A stretch of 64,000 nucleotides of DNA, taken from a virus. Location of the stretch: the IMG/VR virus record IMGVR_UViG_3300034691_000040, positions 32,001-96,000 of that record; one strand, 5' to 3'. The position numbers and the translations under genes were made by a program. Position 1 is the first letter of the stretch, and each line of letters begins with the position of its first letter. Below the pieces are notes generated by a model. That model was not told the origin of the DNA. It saw nothing but the letters and a program-made list of their open reading frames with translations, and did not search any database. Positions 17,486 through 26,890 of the stretch are shown in pieces.

Positions 17486-20311
17486 ATGGATAACGATAAT
17501 GCACGCGGTTCTTCTCGCGTCGAGCGGTTCAAGAACGCGTCGGAAGCTGACCTGCGCGTCGTCGAGCGCCTGACCGCCGACAGATCCAACCCACGTAAGC
17601 CAGGTGGGCGCGACATCGACGCAACGGCGCTGAATGCGGTCTTCAGAAGAACCTTGCGTGAAACGACAGATGTTCGTAACATCTTTAAGATCATGCCTGA
17701 CCTTAACCTGCCAAGAGAAATCTTGGTCAGCGCCGTTGTAGCCCCAGGCGATCTTGCAACAACCAGCCTGCTGTTTAAAAACAACTGCGGTAAGGACACC
17801 TCACTCACCGGCGCGTTGACCGACCTGCTTCACAACCACTTTGTTAACGAACAAAAGCTTGAGCGTAAAGTCGCTAACTGGATTGATGATGCCTTGATCA
17901 TGTCAGGCTCTCACCCAATCATGATCCTTCCAGAAGCGTCTATCGACCGCCTGGTACGTGGTGATGATGGCGGCGGTGCAAGCATGGAGTCCGTCAACTA
18001 TTACGGCGGTGAGTTTGAGAACAAATGGTTCAAGCCAAAAGGTATCTTCGGCCTGTCCTTGAGTGGGCAGAACGAGAAGCAGCACTACCTTAGCGTCGAG
18101 AACGCAAGGGCAAGAACAGACATGCGAGACATGCTGGACTGCCATACCATCAAGGTCGGGCGTCCTAATGGCACTCGCATAATGCTCCCTATCCGCGTTA
18201 CGGATAACTTGGTGGCACTGCGTCAGCCAGCGGTTCAAAAGGTCCGTACAGCACAAGCGCTTGAATCGGTTTATGGTACGCCTGAACTGGAATCCCGTCG
18301 TCGTGCGCGCCGCCAACGCGAACACACTGAAGACGTGGCGGCTGGTCGTGATCCAAAGGCCAGTAAAGGCAAGAAGTCTGAAAAGACCATCGGTGATACA
18401 GCTGTCTTTAATCGTTTCTTTAAAGCCCCTCAGAAGGCGTCAAAGAACCGGTTGGAAGTTATCCCTACGCTGAAACAAGTAGGCGGTAAGACAGTAGGTC
18501 ACCCATTGGTGTATCACCTTGCCGCTGAATCGGTTATGCCGATCTTCGTTCCAGGTGACCCAACTAACCACTTGGCTTATATCGTAGCCTTGGGTGGGAA
18601 TGGTTATCCGATCTCGTTCACCACTTCGCTTGACTTCTACGACGACATCCGTAAAGGTTCGGCTGGCGGTGCTGACCAGGTGGGTTCTGCCTCCCAAGTA
18701 GCTGGCGAATTGCTGAACATGTCTAAGGAGACTATTCAGGGCGGTATAGCTAACGCCAGTGACGTGGTGATTGACCGTTTAGCCAGCATGCACGGTGACA
18801 TGATTGAAGGCGACATCCTTGCTCGTTTGAAGTCGGGTATGTTGGGCGGTGATTTTGAACTGTCCCGCACTGACCACATCGACCGTATGTTGCTTGCCCG
18901 TACTAACAAAAACCAACTGACCACATTGCTGTACGTGCCAGCTGAGTTGATGGTGTACTGGGCTTACGACTATAACGAATACGGTATTGGTCGCTCGATC
19001 CTTGAAGACGCCAAGACGCTGGCCGCTCAGCGTGCTGCCGTCATGATGGCTTCGGTTATCGGCATGACCCGCAACTCTATCCCCGGTAAGAACATCAAGT
19101 TGACTGTGGATGAGTCCGACCGTGATCCATTGGGTGCTGTTACATTTGCTGCCAGTGAAGCCATGGCGTTGGCGTTTAACCAGTTCCCTCTGGGTATCAG
19201 TAGTCCTCAGAGTTTGGCTGAACAGTTGCAGATGTCTGCGATGTCGTTGAGCGTATCGGGCAACCCTCGGTTCCCAACGATTGAAACAGAGATCACAGCC
19301 GCTGAGAGCTCGTACAAGGCGGTTGACATTGACTTCTTGAACAGTATGCGTGCTGACTTGGTTCGTGTCTTCAGCCTGACACCAGAGATGGTAGACGGCG
19401 TGAACCAAGCTGACTTCGCAACCAGTATTGTTCGCCAGTCCGTGATGTTGCTCAAACGCGTAATGGTGTTGCAGGGTGAGACTAACCCTCAGATCGCCGA
19501 CTACGTGCGGATCTTTACTTTGAACTCAGGGCTTCTCATCGACTCGATGATGGACTTGATTGAAGAGAACAAGGCCGAGATACCAGAAGAGTACGCAGAT
19601 GATCCTGAAGGCTTCCTGGAGGTCTTCATGAACCAGCTGACGGTGACTCTGCCTGAAGTTGTAACGGACTCCATGTCCAAGCAGTTGGAGATGTACAAAG
19701 AGTACGAAGCGGGTCTGGACGATCTGATCGCAGCTTATCTCAAGGAAGATTACTTCGACGGTTACATGGACCCTGTTACACAAGCAGGTCTTACAAGCGC
19801 TGCTGCTGCTTGGAAAGGTCGTGAGCTGCGTCGTTGGATGCGTGAACGTGGCATGTTCCGCGATCTCGATATCTTCGGCACTGATGAAGAAGGGAGTCCT
19901 CTCTTCAAGTTGGGTGAGGAGATGGAGACTTACGCTGAATCCGTCATGGCCGCTATTAGCGATTTCAGTAAGAAATCTGCTCGTGCTGCTGCTGCGCGTA
20001 AAAATGATGTCAAGACACTGAACAAGTTGGACCAGGTGGCTAAGGATGCCATTGCTGGCGGTGAGGATGAACCTGTTCCGGTAGAAGGTGCTGAAACACC
20101 GACTGATGGCCTTGATAATCAAGAGAATCAATGGCAAGACACCGGTGGTACGGATACCGAAGATGCAGCTAGCGATGATCTGAGCCCTCCTGATTTGGAT
20201 GGTACAGGCGCGCCTGCTGAGGAAACTCCAGAGGAAACTGGTGATGAAACTGCAAAGGCTAAACCTGCCGCCACTGATGACAGTGACGACTTGAGTCCAC
20301 CTAAGCTGTAA
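17486..20311 (+). CDS. Portal protein (phiKZ gp129-like)
   Basis: AGGAG RBS, about 941 aa. GASME processing-type motif near residue 168, acidic disordered C-terminus, and conserved head-to-head arrangement with the baseplate gene. Confidence 0.72.
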   Translation: MDNDNARGSSRVERFKNASEADLRVVERLTADRSNPRKPGGRDIDATALNAVFRRTLRETTDVRNIFKIMPDLNLPREILVSAVVAPGDLATTSLLFKNNCGKDTSLTGALTDLLHNHFVNEQKLERKVANWIDDALIMSGSHPIMILPEASIDRLVRGDDGGGASMESVNYYGGEFENKWFKPKGIFGLSLSGQNEKQHYLSVENARARTDMRDMLDCHTIKVGRPNGTRIMLPIRVTDNLVALRQPAVQKVRTAQALESVYGTPELESRRRARRQREHTEDVAAGRDPKASKGKKSEKTIGDTAVFNRFFKAPQKASKNRLEVIPTLKQVGGKTVGHPLVYHLAAESVMPIFVPGDPTNHLAYIVALGGNGYPISFTTSLDFYDDIRKGSAGGADQVGSASQVAGELLNMSKETIQGGIANASDVVIDRLASMHGDMIEGDILARLKSGMLGGDFELSRTDHIDRMLLARTNKNQLTTLLYVPAELMVYWAYDYNEYGIGRSILEDAKTLAAQRAAVMMASVIGMTRNSIPGKNIKLTVDESDRDPLGAVTFAASEAMALAFNQFPLGISSPQSLAEQLQMSAMSLSVSGNPRFPTIETEITAAESSYKAVDIDFLNSMRADLVRVFSLTPEMVDGVNQADFATSIVRQSVMLLKRVMVLQGETNPQIADYVRIFTLNSGLLIDSMMDLIEENKAEIPEEYADDPEGFLEVFMNQLTVTLPEVVTDSMSKQLEMYKEYEAGLDDLIAAYLKEDYFDGYMDPVTQAGLTSAAAAWKGRELRRWMRERGMFRDLDIFGTDEEGSPLFKLGEEMETYAESVMAAISDFSKKSARAAAARKNDVKTLNKLDQVAKDAIAGGEDEPVPVEGAETPTDGLDNQENQWQDTGGTDTEDAASDDLSPPDLDGTGAPAEETPEETGDETAKAKPAATDDSDDLSPPKL

Positions 20312-20318
20312 GCATTTT

Positions 20319-20347
20319 GCGGACGGGCTTCGGCTCGTCCGTTTATG
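20319..20347 (+). terminator. Hairpin-TATG family member after the portal gene
   Basis: GCGGACGGGC-TTCG-GCTCGTCCGT then TTATGCCGTAA; cUUCGg loop. Confidence 0.75.
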
Positions 20348-20574
20348 CCGTAAGTTGTTTTGTAAACTTTAACTTTTGAGTTATTTATTGTATAGGCAAA
20401 ACTAGTGCAGAGAACTCGGTAGACTTGGGACTATATTCATGGGGAGGGGGGTTTTTTAGTGGAACACTCATTAAACATTAGTAGTGTTTAAATACAAGAC
20501 CTCATGATTAAATGTCTAGGAATAAGTCCTGAAGGCTTCCTAGATACATTCCATACCCTAATCGGAATCTAACC

Positions 20575-21369
20575 ATGACAGAGTTAAACGCTAACCCCAT
20601 CCTCACCAGACTCGGTAACAAGACATCGGGTACTATCAAGTTTGATGAATCATTCCGTAATGACTACTTCGCCATTACGTCAATGGACCCGACCATCCCA
20701 ACCCCATTTCAAGACCTTCCAAACTTTGGTCTGATCTTAAAGTCTACCCGGACACACAAACTCTATCACGCAGTTTTTAGCGTAAGGCCCTCGGGTTGGA
20801 GTTTTGAAGGTGTTCAGCTTAGCAGCCTTATTGAATCGACGGTAACTCAGTTCACCGCAATGCTCGCTGAGAAAGGCTACGAGTTCGACGATTACTGCTT
20901 TGACCCTAAATGTCACATCGCCACACCACGGCGCAGTAACCAGTTACGTGGACTGCTTCGTTCCGTCATGGGTCAGTTTAATTTTAACGTGCGTAGTGAG
21001 CTAAAGGCCACATCCAGCAACAGAGTCTTTCAGTTCTATCTTCGGTTTGATCTAGTCGTGCGTGGCTTTAATGCTGACAAGATGGGTAAGATCGGCCATC
21101 AGCTGGACTGCACGTATGACGGTAAGGGAGCTCCTAAAGGCGTTGTCAAGTACCATGGTCAGGACGTCGTGTTCTTCCTTCATTCTGATTCGCACATGGA
21201 TCTGAGTACTTACGTCGGCAATGAAGAAGTAGAGAAACAGATCAAGGATAAGTTCACAGAACTGTGGCCGTTTGACCCAACAACGCTTGAGTGGACATTT
21301 TATCCACCTGCATCCAGTCCGACTAGTCTGTACGACGTGTATCGTCGATTTAACTCAATCGATAGCTAA
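20575..21369 (+). CDS. Hypothetical protein (264 aa), accessory
   Basis: Long ORF flanked by its own AT-rich upstream region and a downstream hairpin. No motif recognised. Confidence 0.65.
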   Translation: MTELNANPILTRLGNKTSGTIKFDESFRNDYFAITSMDPTIPTPFQDLPNFGLILKSTRTHKLYHAVFSVRPSGWSFEGVQLSSLIESTVTQFTAMLAEKGYEFDDYCFDPKCHIATPRRSNQLRGLLRSVMGQFNFNVRSELKATSSNRVFQFYLRFDLVVRGFNADKMGKIGHQLDCTYDGKGAPKGVVKYHGQDVVFFLHSDSHMDLSTYVGNEEVEKQIKDKFTELWPFDPTTLEWTFYPPASSPTSLYDVYRRFNSIDS

Positions 21370-21378
21370 GTCGCTAAA

Positions 21379-21406
21379 GCACACCGGCACGAAGCCGGTG
21401 TGTATG
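21379..21406 (+). terminator. Hairpin-TATG family member
   Basis: CACACCGGC-ACGAA-GCCGGTGTG then TATGCCGCAT. Confidence 0.72.
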
Positions 21407-21532
21407 CCGCATCATTGAACTTTACGCTAGTCATACATCACGATGATGCCATACACCTAACAAGGGTTATTGGTAATCCCTCAAACAACCTAACGAGCAT
21501 ACACACTCTAGGGTTAGCACAAGGTAAACATC

Positions 21533-22690
21533 ATGAAAACTATCTGTAATCGTTTCACCGTTGACGGTCTGTTGATTAACGTGCACGATTTGAATGTTCC
21601 AATGTCCGGCCTACGAGACCTGTATACGGCCATAATCGTCACTGCTGACGGTGGTCCAGAAGGACGTAGTGATTTCGGCCTGTCTATCCAGCCAACTGAA
21701 GTCACTGAAGGTCTTTCAAATTACGATCTTCAGCGGCGGATTGCCACGGATTACTTTCGCAAGATGGTGTTAGCTGAGTTGAACGGTTTGGACATCCAAC
21801 CATCTTACTTGGATGGGTTACTGGAACAACTGTCAAGAACTGTGGCATCTCAGTCAGAAGGCGTTAAGCGCTTGGGTCGGATGTACACTCAAGACAGCGA
21901 TATGTTCGCGAAAATCAACATCGATGACATTTGGTCAGTAAACATTTTTAATGAAGTTCATTCTTCAATCAAATTTGAAGATGGGTTGTGGGGGCAGTTT
22001 CTTTGCAGCGCCATGCCAACTGCCATGTTTCAACTAACCCATCGTGAATACGCATATGGCACTCGTGTTCCATTTAAGCATAACGGCATGGTGGATATTA
22101 AACACAAGGATGAAATGCAACATTGGCTGAAAGTAGAGTTCTTGGAGCGTTGGGGCAGATTACTTTCGCAAGAGGTCGTCGACTCAATTGAATTTGTATT
22201 TGATGGTCAGTGCTTAGCGGTACCGTTACATGAAAAACGCAGTGAGCGGATCTTGTCACCTCACGAGTACCATGTGGGGGAGGAGATACAAATGGACAGC
22301 CAAAGAATGGGCCGGGTTGATGTTACTGTAACCCCGGGTCCGAAAGAGTTTTTGACACCGTCGTCATCCGAACACCAGATATCGGTGAGTGTCAATAAAC
22401 TTAACCCGCCAGGTGGTTTCTCCGCTGAGTATGAAGTGGGTACTTCGGCTGAACGTAGAATGCGTAAGCTGCGCCCCGGTGTGGAAATCCAGGTATATGG
22501 GGCAGTCAGCGAGATCACTGAAATTGTACCGCTGGACGAATCCACAGAAGCTGGTACTCGTATCTTGATTATGTCTATCGCGAGTGACGGTGAAACTTTC
22601 TTGTTCCTAATCGGAGCTCGTGGGCAAGATCACGTCTACGCTACAGGTATTCCCGTAGCCGATATTACTGACATTTTGCTTACTGTCTAA
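21533..22690 (+). CDS. Hypothetical protein (385 aa), accessory
   Basis: AAGG RBS, long ORF ending at a bidirectional hairpin. No motif recognised. Confidence 0.65.
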   Translation: MKTICNRFTVDGLLINVHDLNVPMSGLRDLYTAIIVTADGGPEGRSDFGLSIQPTEVTEGLSNYDLQRRIATDYFRKMVLAELNGLDIQPSYLDGLLEQLSRTVASQSEGVKRLGRMYTQDSDMFAKINIDDIWSVNIFNEVHSSIKFEDGLWGQFLCSAMPTAMFQLTHREYAYGTRVPFKHNGMVDIKHKDEMQHWLKVEFLERWGRLLSQEVVDSIEFVFDGQCLAVPLHEKRSERILSPHEYHVGEEIQMDSQRMGRVDVTVTPGPKEFLTPSSSEHQISVSVNKLNPPGGFSAEYEVGTSAERRMRKLRPGVEIQVYGAVSEITEIVPLDESTEAGTRILIMSIASDGETFLFLIGARGQDHVYATGIPVADITDILLTV

Positions 22691-22697
22691 CTAGCAG

Positions 22698-22743
22698 CAT
22701 ACACCCCCGGCATTAGCCGGGGGTGTATGTCTATTCTTTTTTT
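22698..22743. terminator. Bidirectional hairpin-TATG family member
   Basis: CATACACCCCCGGC-ATTA-GCCGGGGGTGTATG then TCTATTCTTTTTTT. Confidence 0.8.
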
Positions 22744-23486
22744 TAGTACTGTTTCACGTTGTCACCGATGAAACCTTCAATAAGAAGATTGGTAACGCGG
22801 TGGGTGCATTCGGCACGAGTTACGGTACCGTCCAGGTTCATGTCCAACCCGGCATTTTGAGCGTAACTGGTCGGCTGCTTGTCTTTAGACCACAGGACGT
22901 AATCGTCAGGCTTACCGACACCGGCCGGCCAAAGGATGGCCAGATAAGCATCACCGATATTATTCACTTTCCCCGCATACGGAGTGAAGTACTTCTCGAC
23001 GTAATCCAGTTGTTGCAACACCGTCATCGCACCCAACCGTTTACATGCCGCAATACCTGCGGCTTTCTTTTCATCGGCGGACATGGCGGCAATTTGAGCC
23101 GCAGTGTTGAAGTACACGATCGCAGTCGGCGGGATGAACTGAATCAGACCAGTCGCCCCGATGCCGTTTGTCTGTGCGGGATCAAAGCTACGACCTGTTT
23201 CGAAAGCGATATTGCCCATGATCCATTGAAGAGCTGCGGCAGGCCAGCGCAGGTTAGTGATCATCTGCTTCAGACGCGCTGTCTCGGCAGGACCGAACTT
23301 CACACCCCATGCCAGCTTGTTCACACCCAGAGGTTTACTTGGATCGAGCGTGGAGTTGATCAGGTCATTCAACGCTTTGACGGAACCTGCTCCCCAACCA
23401 CCATCGATTGCCAATGGTGGGTTGTAAAACCCCAGTGTCCTGAGCCAGGTCTGGGATTTCATCACCGTACTTTTTTGATCAGCCAT
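22743..23486 (-). CDS. Modular endolysin: peptidoglycan-binding N-terminus plus lysozyme-like/lytic transglycosylase domain
   Basis: QTWLRTLGF...IDGGWGAGSVKAL (PG-binding-1-like) and AFETGRSFDP...GATGLIQF (catalytic E plus GLxQ motif). Confidence 0.82.
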   Translation of the reverse strand: MADQKSTVMKSQTWLRTLGFYNPPLAIDGGWGAGSVKALNDLINSTLDPSKPLGVNKLAWGVKFGPAETARLKQMITNLRWPAAALQWIMGNIAFETGRSFDPAQTNGIGATGLIQFIPPTAIVYFNTAAQIAAMSADEKKAAGIAACKRLGAMTVLQQLDYVEKYFTPYAGKVNNIGDAYLAILWPAGVGKPDDYVLWSKDKQPTSYAQNAGLDMNLDGTVTRAECTHRVTNLLIEGFIGDNVKQY

Positions 23487-23494
23487 GCGAGCCT

Positions 23495-24115
23495 CTACTT
23501 GGTTTTAAGGATACTGAGTGCTACCCGTACAGGATCAAACTCACCTGCTGGTAGTGCGGTTTCATCGAGGTGCTGTGCTGCACCGTCCTTCGTGTAATCA
23601 ATGCTGAGCGAGGCACTGATGCGAGTCAGCGGACTGCCTGCGACGGTATTGAAGGTGGCCGTCAATTCAATCTCATCAAGACCGGCAAACGTACCCATGG
23701 TCTTAGTGAAGATAGTGCCTTGCTCAAGCACCGTGTCTTTTTCGATACCTTCAAGCTTTACACCGTCCTGGCCGTGGTACCATTTCAAGTAGCTTTCGCT
23801 ACCCCAGTACTCAGCCAAGATAGGTGTCAGTACAGGTCCGCGAACCAGACAGTCAAACCACTCAGTACCATCCGGTGCTTTCAGGACCTCACCAGCGGCG
23901 TACTGAGGGGCGGTAGCCGGCATTTGAGTATATCGCATCACTTGGTATTCCATTACGCCCACAGCGGCGTTAGGACCCTTGGTGAGGTATCTGGCAGCGT
24001 GAATACGTGCAAGCTTCACACCATCGGCACTGTGGATCAGAAACAATCCACGGTCTAGACCGTCATACGGGTTTGTCACTTGTACGTTAATCGGTAATTC
24101 AGGTGTGGGTTGCAT
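23495..24115 (-). CDS. Hypothetical protein, tail-fibre operon (206 aa)
   Basis: Likely start is the ATG at 24115 (MQPTPELP); the ORF-track start overlaps the upstream gene. Confidence 0.6.
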   Translation of the reverse strand: MQPTPELPINVQVTNPYDGLDRGLFLIHSADGVKLARIHAARYLTKGPNAAVGVMEYQVMRYTQMPATAPQYAAGEVLKAPDGTEWFDCLVRGPVLTPILAEYWGSESYLKWYHGQDGVKLEGIEKDTVLEQGTIFTKTMGTFAGLDEIELTATFNTVAGSPLTRISASLSIDYTKDGAAQHLDETALPAGEFDPVRVALSILKTK

Positions 24116-24129
24116 GTGTGGTGCTTCCG

Positions 24130-25917
24130 TTAATTGATGCGGTTGATGGCGCCAGCGACGGTAAGTCTGAATTTGATTGCGTTTGTGATACCTGTAACGA
24201 TGCGGGGGGCACCAAAGATATCTTGCGCAGTCAAGCCAGGAATAATCACCCATGACGGATAGACGTATTCAAACACCTCATTACGCTGTGCATCGATGAT
24301 GCAAGGCGGTTGAGTGGTGAGACTTGCCTTTGCAGCGTTTGCGGACGCTGTGGTCTGAAAGATGTAAGCCGTGGTATCTGCACCAACGTACCCTGCTGTG
24401 AACTGACGAATAAACGACAAGTTACGAGCAGACTCACCAATCATGGTAAGCTTTTGAGTTGGGAACAAATCCTTTACATCACTGATAACATTGTTGATCA
24501 GGTTGTTACGATCAACATTGGCATACGCATCACGCGCCATCAGGGAGGTAGATTCAGCAAAATCAATCGAGGTGGCAATAGGTGGCTGATAACGATCAAT
24601 CGTCAACGTCTTCTTGTAACTAAAAGGCGTCGTCACATCAATCGTGAACACATCTTTATTGGCGACCGGAAATACATTGCTACCCGCAAACCAATTGAAC
24701 ACCGTACCCGTCTGATCATCGCGAATAAAGCTAGCGATCTTTTTACCATTACGAAGAATGTTGCCTCTCAGTGTGCCGAGACCTGCAGATTCAATGTACG
24801 GCAAGAAGTCAGAGTTTGGCTGAACGGTCTTATAGGTATCGCCGAGGTTATTCATCGCAGCATCACGCCACCAGATGAACTCACCGATAACTACGTTGTA
24901 CAGATATCTGAATGTGCGGGTAGTGCCGTCTTTCATAACGGCCAAGACAGACACAACGTATTTACCATCAACGTCGAAATTCAACGTAGGGGCTGTTTCC
25001 TTGGTGTACTCAGGATACGTCGCCACCACTACTTTCGATTCACTACCGCCAGCCTTCAGAGTGTCAGCGTTGGACATGCCATTATACAGCGCATGGTCAC
25101 CATAAGTCCGACGCAGGAACCCAATGTTTACAGGAACCCGGTCGTAGTTACCTGTGAAGAACGAACCGAAGTTACGCATGACCAAGTTGGCTGTTCTGTA
25201 AAACCCAGCGTTCCGGACATCGGCCTGTTCAAGGGTATCGTTTACATAGCTACCATGATCGGTGATGAAGATCAAACCGTTACCGGATTCACGGTAAGTC
25301 ACCATGTCCGTGATCGCCGCATCGGTAATCAACTGAACGCTGGTGTAGTTTGAACTCATCATCAATACGCAAGCGTACTGGTCCATCTCCGTAAACGTTG
25401 GTTGGAGTTGATTGCCCCCAGCATAGGACCGTTGGTCTTTAAACGTGGGTGTGAATCCAGCTACTCGGCAGATACCGGACAGTGAGTTAAAGAACCCATC
25501 GCCTCGGTTACCGTCCATCAGCGAGTAATAGTTACCAGGTGTTACATCCCCCAGCAGCAAGATCTTCTTGTTACCGATCGCTACCTTGGCAGGGTTGGCG
25601 CAAAAGTGAATAGCGTTGTGCAGGTACTTACCCGCGCCACTCAATGCGTCAAAGTTTGAAGGCTTGGCGGGGTTACCACTAGCGTTATAAAACTTTGGAA
25701 ACCCGCCATCGTACACAACGTTACCGCGACCATCCTGCGTTACAGCCAGAAATGGGTTAGGTGGCGTGAGGGTGTCGTATGCGATATACCGAGACATGGT
25801 CGGCTGAGGACCATTGACCGTATAACTGAACCGATCAACTTCAGCATCAAGCGACCAGTTCAGAGAGATCGCATTGTGATACAGACCACCTGGTAAAGTA
25901 AGCTCAACTTCAGCCAT
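24130..25917 (-). CDS. Tail fibre / tail tip protein (phiKZ gp131-family-like domain)
   Basis: 595 aa. SRYIAYD...NPFLAVTQDGRGNVVYDGGFPKFYN motif characteristic of phiKZ-family fibre proteins. Confidence 0.68.
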   Translation of the reverse strand: MAEVELTLPGGLYHNAISLNWSLDAEVDRFSYTVNGPQPTMSRYIAYDTLTPPNPFLAVTQDGRGNVVYDGGFPKFYNASGNPAKPSNFDALSGAGKYLHNAIHFCANPAKVAIGNKKILLLGDVTPGNYYSLMDGNRGDGFFNSLSGICRVAGFTPTFKDQRSYAGGNQLQPTFTEMDQYACVLMMSSNYTSVQLITDAAITDMVTYRESGNGLIFITDHGSYVNDTLEQADVRNAGFYRTANLVMRNFGSFFTGNYDRVPVNIGFLRRTYGDHALYNGMSNADTLKAGGSESKVVVATYPEYTKETAPTLNFDVDGKYVVSVLAVMKDGTTRTFRYLYNVVIGEFIWWRDAAMNNLGDTYKTVQPNSDFLPYIESAGLGTLRGNILRNGKKIASFIRDDQTGTVFNWFAGSNVFPVANKDVFTIDVTTPFSYKKTLTIDRYQPPIATSIDFAESTSLMARDAYANVDRNNLINNVISDVKDLFPTQKLTMIGESARNLSFIRQFTAGYVGADTTAYIFQTTASANAAKASLTTQPPCIIDAQRNEVFEYVYPSWVIIPGLTAQDIFGAPRIVTGITNAIKFRLTVAGAINRIN

Positions 25918-25926
25918 GATAGCTCC

Positions 25927-26820
25927 TTAGGAAGCTCTAGGTACGTCAACGCGCACAAAGAACTCCAACGGTGTGGTGAAGTAATTGACCAGCGTGATCT
26001 TACCCTCGGGGGTAATTGCTTGGGTCAGAACGTTTTCGGTATTGATCATCATGTTGAATGTTGGTGAAGCCGAGTTCGGGTTTTGGACACGCGTGGTGAT
26101 GCGCGCTGCCATCATGTCCCATTCAAGGTACCCGGTACCAAGCAGTGTCTTCATGTTGTAGTTTACGGTACCGCCGGCAGGAATCGTGATCGTTTCACGC
26201 ACGATAGGTTTAACGCTATCGCGCATCCCCTGGATCACACCGTTCCAGTACGTGTCACGGTCCGACAGCTGCTTAAGCAACAGAGTGCGAGAAGCGCCAT
26301 CACCTTCACGAATAGCGGCAGCGATGTCGTATTCCGATTCAACCAGGTACTTCATCCCGTACAGGTCGTAGACGTCGTGCAGGTGAGGTGCCGCTGCGAA
26401 CATGGCGGGTACGCCAACAAGATCGCCCCAGTTTACCTGACGATTATCGTTAAGCAATGCTTCGATGGCCTGCTGGATAGCGTAGTACGAATAAGAGAAC
26501 TCGCCACCTACGTATTGCACTGAGGCAAGGATTTCAGTACTGACGTCAGGGTTGACAATCTGAACGGCCGTATAGACAGCCTGCCCGGCACGGTCGGAGG
26601 CTTCTTTGTACTTGTGGACCAGTCTGTAATCAAGCACTGGTTTCAGTTCAGCGCCGGTGGCAGCGTCAATGAAGACAGCGCTGTTGCCAAAGAAGGGACC
26701 GTAGTCAGCGACGAAGATACGGCCGACGCGAGTACCGATCGTGTGAGCTTCGCCAACCACCTTGTTATTGATGCTGTTACCAAGAAGGTCTAACGGGTAT
26801 TTAAAGATCGTGTTAGCCAT
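25927..26820 (-). CDS. Tail fibre-associated structural protein
   Basis: 297 aa. N-terminal YPLDLLG...N.V..E domain paralogous to 27706-29049. Confidence 0.62.
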   Translation of the reverse strand: MANTIFKYPLDLLGNSINNKVVGEAHTIGTRVGRIFVADYGPFFGNSAVFIDAATGAELKPVLDYRLVHKYKEASDRAGQAVYTAVQIVNPDVSTEILASVQYVGGEFSYSYYAIQQAIEALLNDNRQVNWGDLVGVPAMFAAAPHLHDVYDLYGMKYLVESEYDIAAAIREGDGASRTLLLKQLSDRDTYWNGVIQGMRDSVKPIVRETITIPAGGTVNYNMKTLLGTGYLEWDMMAARITTRVQNPNSASPTFNMMINTENVLTQAITPEGKITLVNYFTTPLEFFVRVDVPRAS

Positions 26821-26852
26821 GAAAGAAGGTCCCTACGAATATAAAGAAGTAA

Positions 26853-26873
26853 CGCCACCGGCTGCCGGTGGCG
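26853..26873 (-). terminator. Intrinsic-type hairpin after the adhesin gene
   Basis: CGCCACCGG-(3 nt)-CCGGTGGCG, followed on the minus strand by TTACTTCTTT; no TATG. Confidence 0.6.
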
Positions 26874-26890
26874 AGTTACTAATGATGGGG

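Noticed and set aside
20504-20572. 22-codon upstream ORF
   Set aside because: No clear RBS and short enough to occur by chance; mentioned only within the intergenic finding.
24310-25353. 347-aa plus-strand ORF
   Set aside because: Antisense to the tail fibre gene, with atypical composition.
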